Source: an uncultured Planctomycetia bacterium
Lineage (GTDB): Bacteria; Planctomycetota; UBA8108
NCBI GenBank assembly: GCA_964390645.1
Contig: CAYMLL010000001.1
Span: 35,045-99,044, forward strand
Length of the DNA: 64,000 nucleotides
Direction: 5' to 3'
Shown here: in pieces, positions 31,952 to 39,832 of the stretch
Numbering within the stretch: the first letter of the stretch is position 1
Layout: the number at the start of each line of letters is the position of its first letter
The notes under the pieces: model-generated
Seen by the model: the letters and a program-made list of their open reading frames with translations, nothing else
What the model was told of the DNA's origin: nothing
Databases searched by the model: none
Position numbers and translations under genes: made by a program

Positions 31952-32941
31952 ATGAACCGCAACCGTCTTTCTGCCGTCGGCCTGCTCACCGCGCTCCCCC
32001 TTGTCGCGGTCACGCTGGTGGCGCAGGACAACCCCCCGTTCGTCCGCGCGGACGCGAACCTCGACGGTGGCAGCGATCTCAGCGACGGCGTCTATCTGCT
32101 CGGCTACCTCTTCCTCGAGGGTCCGGCGCCGGGGTGCGAGGACGCCGCCGATTTCAACGACTCCGGCCGGCTCGACATCAGCGACGCGAGCTTCCTCTTC
32201 AACTCGCTCTTTGTCGGCGGTCCGCCGGTTCCTCCCCCCTCGGGCGACTGCGGCGAGGATCCGACGGACGACGACCTGACCTGTCGGGAGACCGACTGCG
32301 AGGTCGTCGAGCCCGGGCCACCCGGCGGCTACCGGCACTTCCGCGACAACGTCGAGATCGAGGAGTCCGGCAACCGCATGGTCATCCGCTCCGACGGAGT
32401 GCCGGACCACCCGAGCCCCTACTTCCGCCGCAACGACCCCCGGCACGTGCCGCCACACCCCGCCATGCGCCTGAACCCGAATCGAATCGTGCCGCAGGAT
32501 CTCGTCTTTCGCATCCCCGCAGTCCCGACCGTCGCGGCGAGACCGACCGATACGCGTCTCGGCCCGATCGGGGTCGCCGTCAACGGCGTCGCCCTCTTCA
32601 ACCAGTACGCCGGCCCCGGTCAGCCACTCGACCGTGAGATCATCTCCTTCGACATTTACAACGGTCACCCGCAGCAGACCGGGCTGTACCACTACCACGT
32701 CGAGCCGACCTACCTGACAGTGGACGACTCCGGCGCGCTGATCGGCTACCTCCTCGACGGCTTTCCACTGTACGGGCCGACCGAGGAGGACGGCAGCAAC
32801 CCGACCGGTCTCGACCCGTGCAACGGCCACACGCACGCGACCGAGGACTACCCGGACGGCCTCTACCACTACCATGTCGTCGCGGTGCCGCCGTACCTCG
32901 TCGGCTGCTACAAGGGCCGGCCCGGCACCTTCACGAACTGA
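31952..32941 (+). CDS. Secreted protein: N-terminal dockerin-like pair + C-terminal YHYH domain
   Basis: The start is MNRNRLSAVGLLTALPLVAVTLVAQ. The dockerin pair reads ADANLDGGSDLSDGVYLLGYLFLEGPAPGC and DFNDSGRLDISDASFLFNSLFVGGPP. The C-terminal domain carries GLYHYHVEP and GLYHYHVVAVPP, the YHYH motif. Confidence 0.7.
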   Translation: MNRNRLSAVGLLTALPLVAVTLVAQDNPPFVRADANLDGGSDLSDGVYLLGYLFLEGPAPGCEDAADFNDSGRLDISDASFLFNSLFVGGPPVPPPSGDCGEDPTDDDLTCRETDCEVVEPGPPGGYRHFRDNVEIEESGNRMVIRSDGVPDHPSPYFRRNDPRHVPPHPAMRLNPNRIVPQDLVFRIPAVPTVAARPTDTRLGPIGVAVNGVALFNQYAGPGQPLDREIISFDIYNGHPQQTGLYHYHVEPTYLTVDDSGALIGYLLDGFPLYGPTEEDGSNPTGLDPCNGHTHATEDYPDGLYHYHVVAVPPYLVGCYKGRPGTFTN

Positions 32942-32944
32942 CGA

Positions 32945-33660
32945 TGCGGACGACGGCCCTGCGACCGACCACCGCGGCTCTCTTCGTGATCATGGCCTCG
33001 GGTTGTGACCGGGCGGACACCACCGGCGATGCGCCCGGCCGTGTTGTCGCGACTTCTTGCCAGGGTCTCGACGACGGGCTCGAGCACGGACCTCGCACCG
33101 CCGAGGAGCTGCGGAAGCTGATGCCAGGGGCGACGACCATCGCGCACGACGACGCGCGATCGATCCGACACCGCGGCACGATCCTCGTCGATGGCGAACG
33201 GTTCACCGGCCTGCGCGAGAAGCGCTCTGCCGGGGGCGGGCTGCTGGGTCTGACGAGCTACCGCCACGGCCTCGCCGAGGGCTGGAGCCTCGCCTGGTTC
33301 GACAGCGGCGAGATCCGCGAGCGCCGGTTCTGGAAGGCCGGCCGCAAGCATGGCACGCACGTCGGCTGGTGGGAGAACGGCGAGCTGCGCCTCGAGCTGA
33401 ACTTCGCCGCCGGCGAGTTCGAGGGCGTCTGCCGGGAGTGGCACCGTAGCGGCCGGCTCGCGTCGATGCGGACCTACCGACGCGGAGAGGAGGACGGACC
33501 GCAGATGTCGTGGTCGGCGGACGGCAGTCTCGTGGCGAACTACGTCGTGCGCGAAGGACGACGCTTCGGGACGATCGGCTCGCGCCCGTGCTTCACGGTC
33601 GTGGATGGCGCGCAGGCACCCGGGAGGACTGCGACCGGAGCGGAGGCGAGAGCAAGGTGA
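32945..33660 (+). CDS. MORN-repeat (YwqK-like) lipoprotein
   Basis: It has a lipobox (FVIMASGCDR). Repeated G-x-W-x-x-W/F-x-x-G motifs are present (GLAEGWSLAWFDSGE, GKHGTHVGWWENGE, GEFEGVCREWHRSGR). It starts 4 bp after the YHYH gene stop. Confidence 0.6.
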
Positions 33661-33686
33661 GGGATGCGACGCTCCGACGACTCGCG

Positions 33687-34391
33687 ATGCTCGCCGTCGT
33701 ATCGATGGCCGCGGTCGCCACGCCGTCGTGTTCACGAAGCTCGGGCGAGGCGAAGGAGGCGTCCACGGCGTCGACCCACCCGCCGGGCCCCGACCGCAAA
33801 CCGGACGGCCTGCCGTTCTACGTCTCTTCCGACCTCACGCCGGTGTGGTTCGACGGGGAGCCTCGCGAACGCGAGATTCACCGCATCGGCGAGTTCCGCT
33901 TCCTGGATCAGACCGGCGCCGCGGTCACTCATGAGACGCTCAGCGGAAAGATCTGGGTCGCCGATTTCTTCTTCACGACCTGCGGCGGCATCTGCCCGAA
34001 GCTGACCTCGCACCTCCGCGAGGTGCAGGACGCCTTTCTCGACGACGACGGCATGGCGCTGATCTCGCACACGGTCACCCCGAAGATCGACACGGTCGAG
34101 CAGCTCGCCACCTACGGCGAGGCGCGTGGTGTGCGTGCCGGGAAGTGGCGACTGGTCACCGGTGATCGCGAGGCGATCTACCGCCTCGCACGCGGGAGCT
34201 ACTTCGCGGAAGGCGACCTTGCCATTCCACCGACATCGGAGCGCTTCCTGCACACCGAGAAGGTCTTTCTCCTCGACAGGGAGCGCCGGATCCGTGGCGT
34301 CTACGACGGGACCCGCAACATCGACATCCGTCTGTTGATGGAGGACATCCGTGAGCTGAAGAAGGAGTACGCCGACGATGAAGCCCTCTGA
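33687..34391 (+). CDS. SCO1/SenC-family thioredoxin-fold copper chaperone lipoprotein
   Basis: It has the FFFTTCGGICP CxxxC motif and a distal His (LISHTV). The overall SCO fold length fits, and it has a signal/lipobox. Its stop overlaps the sulfatase start. Confidence 0.7.
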   Translation: MLAVVSMAAVATPSCSRSSGEAKEASTASTHPPGPDRKPDGLPFYVSSDLTPVWFDGEPREREIHRIGEFRFLDQTGAAVTHETLSGKIWVADFFFTTCGGICPKLTSHLREVQDAFLDDDGMALISHTVTPKIDTVEQLATYGEARGVRAGKWRLVTGDREAIYRLARGSYFAEGDLAIPPTSERFLHTEKVFLLDRERRIRGVYDGTRNIDIRLLMEDIRELKKEYADDEAL

Positions 34392-36027
34392 CCGGATCCG
34401 GCCGCCGCTGCTCCCCATCGTCCTCGTCGCCACGCTCACCACGTCGCTCACGGCGCAGGAAGACGCCCACTTCGTGCGCGGCGATGCGAACGTCGACGGC
34501 GGCGTCGACATCAGCGATGGCGTCTCGACGCTCCTGTTCCTGTTCGGCGGCGGCGAGGCACCGTCGTGCCACGACTCGGCCGACTCCAACGACACCGCGA
34601 CGGTCGACGTCAGCGACGCGATCTACCTCTTCAACTTCCTCTTCCTCGGGGGTGCGCAGCCGCCCGCGCCCTACCCCGACTGCGGCGCCGACCCATCCCC
34701 GGACGGTCCAGGCTGCAGACGCTTCGATCCCTGCGACGACGGGGAGCCGGCCGACCGACCCAACATCCTGCTCATCATCTCCGACGACCTCGGCGTCGAC
34801 TGGGCGTCCTGCTACGCGACCGGTCGAAACCTGCCGTCGACGCCGAATCTCGACCGGCTGTGCGCGACCGGAGTCACCTTCACGAACGCGTGGGCCAATC
34901 CGATCTGCTCGCCGACGCGCGCGACGATGCTCACCGGTCGCTACGCGTTCCGTACCGGTGTCGGCGACCAGATCGGCGGACGAACCGACGACGGTCTCGA
35001 CCCCGACGAGCTGACGATTCCCGACCTGCTCGACGCGGCGACGGAGCCCCGGTACACCCACGCGGCGATCGGCAAGTGGCACCTCGGAGGCGCCAACAAC
35101 GGCCGCAGGAACAGCCCCGGACGGCTCGGCTTCTCGCACTACTCGGGGAGTATCCGCGGGGCCATCGGCGACTACCACGAGTGGACGAAGACGGTCGATG
35201 GAAGCGACTCGGTCGTGACGCGCTACGCGACGACCGAGACCGTGGACGACGCCCTGCGCTGGATCGACGACCGGGACTCACCGTGGTTCCTCTGGCTGGC
35301 GTTCAACGCCCCTCACACGCCGTTCCACGCCCCCCCGGACGATCTCCACGGCGTCGTCGGCCTGACCGGCACGCCGGAGCACATCAACGCGAACCAGCGC
35401 GACTATTTCCGGGCCATGATCGAGGCGATGGACTCCGAGATAGGACGCCTGCTCGACTCGCTGGCGCCAGAGGTACGATCGCGAACCGACGTGATCTACA
35501 TCGGCGACAACGGCACCGCCGGAGGCGTCGCACGGCCGCCGCTGACTCGACAGACCGCCAAGGGCACCCTCTACCAGGGCGGCGTCCACGTGCCGCTCGT
35601 CGTGGCCGGACCGAGCGTGATCGACGGCGGCCGCAACGTCGACGCGCTGGCGTCCGCCACGGACATCTTCGCGACCGTGCTCGACCTCGCGAACGTCGAT
35701 CTCCTCGCAACGATCCCCGGCGACGTCCGCATCGACTCGCTCAGCCTCGTGCCGTACCTTCGAGGCGAGGAGCCGGCCACGCCCCGACGCCACGCGGTGG
35801 CCGAGCTCTTCGGCGCCAACACCCGCCCCGCCCGCGCCGGCAAGGCGATCCGTGGCGCACGCTACAAGCTCATCCGCCTCGAGCAGGGCACGGACGAGCT
35901 CTACGACCTCCTCGCCGACCCGCACGAGTCGAACAACCTGCTGTCGACAACACCGCTCGGCGACGACGAGCAGCAAGCCTACGACGAGCTCCGGGGCACT
36001 CTCGCCGATCTTCTCGAGACGCGCTGA
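34378..36027 (+). CDS. Arylsulfatase (formylglycine-dependent) with N-terminal dockerin-like pair
   Basis: The dockerin pair reads GDANVDGGVDISDGVSTLLFLFGGGEAPSC and DSNDTATVDVSDAIYLFNFLFLGGAQPP. The sulfatase core is ILLIISDDLG and CSPTRATMLTGRY (FGly motif C-x-P-x-R), plus GKWHLG. Confidence 0.85.
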   Translation: MKPSDRIRPPLLPIVLVATLTTSLTAQEDAHFVRGDANVDGGVDISDGVSTLLFLFGGGEAPSCHDSADSNDTATVDVSDAIYLFNFLFLGGAQPPAPYPDCGADPSPDGPGCRRFDPCDDGEPADRPNILLIISDDLGVDWASCYATGRNLPSTPNLDRLCATGVTFTNAWANPICSPTRATMLTGRYAFRTGVGDQIGGRTDDGLDPDELTIPDLLDAATEPRYTHAAIGKWHLGGANNGRRNSPGRLGFSHYSGSIRGAIGDYHEWTKTVDGSDSVVTRYATTETVDDALRWIDDRDSPWFLWLAFNAPHTPFHAPPDDLHGVVGLTGTPEHINANQRDYFRAMIEAMDSEIGRLLDSLAPEVRSRTDVIYIGDNGTAGGVARPPLTRQTAKGTLYQGGVHVPLVVAGPSVIDGGRNVDALASATDIFATVLDLANVDLLATIPGDVRIDSLSLVPYLRGEEPATPRRHAVAELFGANTRPARAGKAIRGARYKLIRLEQGTDELYDLLADPHESNNLLSTTPLGDDEQQAYDELRGTLADLLETR

Positions 36028-36253
36028 TCGGACAGCCTGCGGCGCCCGAAATGCTTTCAAGGGCATCTGCTGCTTGCCGACCGCCGCCGGGATGGAAAAG
36101 GCTCCTGGCCCCTTTTTCCCCGTGATAGACTGGATGCTGCGGTTGCCCCACGGTCTCCGGCAAGCACGACCACGACGGCGAGGGCCCCTTTCTTCGCCTG
36201 CCGTCGTGCGCTTCTTCGCCTGGCAAGGCAACGAAGACCCGACGAAGATCTGA

Positions 36254-39200
36254 ATGATGGGATCGACATCTCGAGTCGCGCTTGCCCTCGTCGCGCTCCT
36301 GCCCGGAGCCCGATCGCTCGCCGGTGACCCGACGCCCGACTACCTGCCACGCATCGACACCCAGGAGGAGTTCCTGGCGCTCTCCGTCCCTTTCGACGCC
36401 CTGGACCGAGGCGATCGCGTCACGAAGTTCTTGCTACCGCTCGACGCTGACGACGACGTCGGGCCGCTCTTCCACAACGTCGGTCGCTACCCGTTTCACC
36501 ACGAGTTCCTCGCCGCGGTCTTCTCGGACGAGTTTCCCGCTCTGACGATCGACCGCTACCTGGCGATGATCCAGAACCGCGACACTCGGCGCTTCTTCGC
36601 CGGACCGCTGATACGTCTCGAGACCGGCGACGGCCGGGTGTACGGCTTCGACATCATCGCGGCGCCGGACCAGCTGCCGACCCGGGAGGAGGCCCGACGC
36701 GTGCAGCAGGCGCTCGACCCGCTCTTCGGGCTCGGCCTCGTACACTACGCCCCGCTCGATCCGCGGGCGATCCAGGATGCGCGCGGGTGGCGCGACGTCG
36801 ACTTCCCGATCCACGTCGGCGACGGCGAGGAAGATCTCGTCTACGAGCCTTACACCCGGGGCGTCGGCTACGGCCGCATCCGGGTCCTCACACACGAGGA
36901 GTTCCTCGACGCGAACGAGAGCGGCCTCATCACGTGGCAGGACATGCTCGTTCTCGAGCGGGCGCCCACCGACATCGAGGGGGTCTTCGCCGGCGTCCTC
37001 ACCGCGGAGCGTCAGGGACCGCTGAGCCACGTGTCGATCCGCACGAACCGGCGCGGCACGCCGAACGCGTTCGTCGCGAACGCGCTCGCGGAACTCTCCG
37101 GACGCGACGGCCAGCTCGTACGGCTCGAGGTCCGCCAGACCGGCTGGGACGTCCGGCCCGCCGCCGCCGAGGAGGCGGAAGACTGGTGGGAAGCCAACCG
37201 GCCGAGCCTGCCGAGCGACCCGACGGTCGACGAGACCTACGCCCGGCTCGACAGCCTCGAGGATCTCGACCTCGACGGCGAGACGCCGCCCGTCTCGCGC
37301 TACGGCGGCAAGGCGACGAACCTCGCACGTCTGGGTCGCATCTTCGACGGCGAGTTCGAGGAGTACCGCGAGTCCGGCTTCGCGATCCCCATGCGTCACT
37401 ACCTCGAGTTCCTGCGCACGAACCACATCGAGGTCGACGGCGAGCGCCGGACCTACGAGGAGCACCTCGATGTGCTGCGAAGCTCACCGCGATTCGCCAG
37501 CGACTCGCGCTTTCGCTACGAGGCGCTGGCGACGTTCCGCCGCGAGGCTCGCGACAACGGAGACGTGTCGATCATCCTCCTTCTCGAGCTGATCCAACGC
37601 GTCGAGGAGATCTTCGGCAGCCGCGACACGATGGTCCGCTTCCGCTCCTCCTCGAACGTCGAGGACCTGCTCGAGTTCAACGGCGCGGGTCTCTACGACT
37701 CGACGTCCGCCTGCGCCGCGGACCACGATGACGACGACAACGAAGGACCGTCCCGGTGTGACGAGAACCGGCCGGGCGAGCGCACGATCGGCAGGGCGCT
37801 GAAGCGCGTGTGGACGAGCCTGTGGACCTTCCGGGCTCACGAGGAGCGCGCCTACTACCAGATTCCGCAGGACGATGTCGCCATGGGCATCCTCGTCACG
37901 CGCGCCTTTCTCGACGAGGAGGCGAACGGGGTCGCCTTCACCGGCAACCCGTCGAATCCCCGCGACCGACGCTACGTGGTGACCTCGCAGCAGGGCGAGA
38001 CGAGTGTCGTTCATCCCGATCCCGGCGTGCTGCCCGAGCAAGTCGCGATGATCGTCGACCGCGACAGCGGGCTGGTGCTGCGCGTGGATCGGTCGCAGCG
38101 GTCCAGCCTCGTCGAGGACGGCGTGGATGTCCTCTCGGACGCGAAGCTGGGCGAGCTCGCGAACGTCATGGCGAAGATCGATCGCGACATGCCGCTCGAT
38201 CTGGGAGGGCACTCACGGGATGAGGTCCTCTTCGATCTCGAGCTCAAGGTGGAAGCCGGCGGCGACCTGGCGATCAAGCAGGTGCGTCCCTTCCTCCTTT
38301 CACAGTCACCACCACAGACGCCGGGCTTTCGGCTGGAGATCCCTGACGACACCGTTCTTTGCGGCCTCTTTGTCGAGGGACGCCCGCCTCACGACGAGCT
38401 CCTGGCAAAGAGCCGACTGCGCCTGCGACCCGGGACGATCGAGCTCCCGACCGACGTCGACGTCTTCCTCGGTGACCTGATCGAGGAGATCGTCCGCGGC
38501 CCGGATCGCCGCCGCGCCGAGCCGACGGCGCCCGGCGTCTTCCACGTGACGACGAACGCGCGCGGAGACGGGACGGCCAGTCACACCTTTCGCTTCGAGC
38601 AGGACTTCACGATCGCCGGCGAGCCGCTCCACGTCGAGATCAACGGTCTCACCATGACGTCGAGCGACGGCGAGCCGGACGTACCCACGCTCGTTCTCGA
38701 CGAGGAGGCGATCACCCGGGATCTCTTCGTCGAGGCCATTCCGAGCTCCGAGGCGAGCCGCAAGATGGTCTACTCCTCGTGCACCTTCGGCTCGCTGCCG
38801 CCATGGGATGTGCGCACGACCTTCGCGGACGGCACGACGCTGCGCCTCACCGAACGATTCCGACCGGCGCTGGCGGGAACCGCTCCGGCGAGCGTCGTCC
38901 ACGCCGACGTCGAGATCGGTGGCGAGCAGCAGGAGACCGACGACTACTTCCGCCTCGTGTACACCGCTCTGCACCACAACTTCCACGTTCGATACTGGAT
39001 CGTCCTCGATCCTCCGGTCGCTCTTCCCGGTGTCGGGACCGTGCATGCGATCGATCTGCGGGAGCCCCAGAGCGACACCGGTCGTGCCGCGAGAGCCGAG
39101 TATCTGGGCGCCTCCTTCGAGCCGATCGGCGGGCCGCGTGTGGCAACCTACTGGAAAGGCCCTGCAGGAGACCGTCAGCCCGGCTTCCGGCGAGGCGACA

Positions 39201-39454
39201 CGAACGCCGACGACGGTGTCAACGTCTCCGACGTGGTCTTCCTGCTCGGCTGGCTCTTCCGGGCGACCGAGTCCCCCGCCTGCCCCGACGCCGGCGACTT
39301 CGACGACGACGGAGCAGCGGAGATCACGGACGCGATCCTCATCCTGTCGTTCCTCTTCCAGGGCGTCGACCTCTCCGCTCCCCCCGGCCCCTACCGCTGC
39401 GGCCCCGCCCCGCCGAACGACTTCCTCGACGACTGCGAACGCCCCTGCCCCTGA
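36254..39454 (+). CDS. Large secreted protein with PEP-utiliser / PPDK_N-like nucleotide-binding domain and C-terminal dockerin-like pair
   Basis: It has a signal peptide. The central region matches the PEP synthase/PPDK N-terminal domain: SRYGGKATNLARLGRIF, FAIPMRHYLEFL, MVRFRSSSNVEDLLEFNGAGLYDS, VAMGILVTRAFLDEEANGVAFTGNP, VVTSQQGETSVVHPDPG. The C-terminus has the pair GDTNADDGVNVSDVVFLLGWLF and DFDDDGAAEITDAILILSFLFQG. Confidence 0.7.
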   Translation: MMGSTSRVALALVALLPGARSLAGDPTPDYLPRIDTQEEFLALSVPFDALDRGDRVTKFLLPLDADDDVGPLFHNVGRYPFHHEFLAAVFSDEFPALTIDRYLAMIQNRDTRRFFAGPLIRLETGDGRVYGFDIIAAPDQLPTREEARRVQQALDPLFGLGLVHYAPLDPRAIQDARGWRDVDFPIHVGDGEEDLVYEPYTRGVGYGRIRVLTHEEFLDANESGLITWQDMLVLERAPTDIEGVFAGVLTAERQGPLSHVSIRTNRRGTPNAFVANALAELSGRDGQLVRLEVRQTGWDVRPAAAEEAEDWWEANRPSLPSDPTVDETYARLDSLEDLDLDGETPPVSRYGGKATNLARLGRIFDGEFEEYRESGFAIPMRHYLEFLRTNHIEVDGERRTYEEHLDVLRSSPRFASDSRFRYEALATFRREARDNGDVSIILLLELIQRVEEIFGSRDTMVRFRSSSNVEDLLEFNGAGLYDSTSACAADHDDDDNEGPSRCDENRPGERTIGRALKRVWTSLWTFRAHEERAYYQIPQDDVAMGILVTRAFLDEEANGVAFTGNPSNPRDRRYVVTSQQGETSVVHPDPGVLPEQVAMIVDRDSGLVLRVDRSQRSSLVEDGVDVLSDAKLGELANVMAKIDRDMPLDLGGHSRDEVLFDLELKVEAGGDLAIKQVRPFLLSQSPPQTPGFRLEIPDDTVLCGLFVEGRPPHDELLAKSRLRLRPGTIELPTDVDVFLGDLIEEIVRGPDRRRAEPTAPGVFHVTTNARGDGTASHTFRFEQDFTIAGEPLHVEINGLTMTSSDGEPDVPTLVLDEEAITRDLFVEAIPSSEASRKMVYSSCTFGSLPPWDVRTTFADGTTLRLTERFRPALAGTAPASVVHADVEIGGEQQETDDYFRLVYTALHHNFHVRYWIVLDPPVALPGVGTVHAIDLREPQSDTGRAARAEYLGASFEPIGGPRVATYWKGPAGDRQPGFRRGDTNADDGVNVSDVVFLLGWLFRATESPACPDAGDFDDDGAAEITDAILILSFLFQGVDLSAPPGPYRCGPAPPNDFLDDCERPCP

Positions 39455-39493
39455 GCCCGACCTCGGGCCCGGCGGTATTCGAGAGGGACCTCC

Positions 39494-39550
39494 CGGGTTT
39501 CGAAAGAGCTCTCGGGTTTCGAAAGAGCTCTCGGGTTTCGAAGGACCTGT
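39494..39550. repeat. 19-bp tandem repeat x3 (CGGGTTTCGAAAGAGCTCT), each unit with nested palindromes TTTCGAAA and AGAGCTCT
   Basis: Visible in sequence, in the convergent intergenic region 39455-39832. Confidence 0.7.
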
Positions 39551-39752
39551 CCCGGCGGCGTGGGGCCATCACGCCGGTCCGGTGCCTTCGAGAAAGCTCC
39601 CCACGGACCGCGTCAGGTGTCGCGAGGCTCCGTCCCGACCCTCGGAGGACCGCGAGGACTCCGGGTGGCTGAGCCACAGGTTCCGAAAACCGGCCGGACA
39701 GCGACCTGCCGCTCCTGTGACGGTGGGTGCGGCCCTGTCGAATCGCCTGTAA

Positions 39753-39812
39753 GCCGCCTCCCGTGAGCCGCCTCCCGTGAGCCGCCTCCCGTGAGCCGCC
39801 TCCCGTAAGCTA
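39753..39812. repeat. 15-bp tandem repeat x4 (GCCGCCTCCCGTGAG)
   Basis: Visible in sequence. It is non-coding and lies just 3' of the stop of the minus-strand CotH gene. Confidence 0.7.
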
Positions 39813-39832
39813 CCGCCTCCACGGCGAAGCGA

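Noticed and set aside
39753-39812. Possible CRISPR array (regularly spaced identical 15-bp units)
   Set aside because: There are no spacers, since the units are directly adjacent. The units are too short, there are only four copies, and there are no cas genes.
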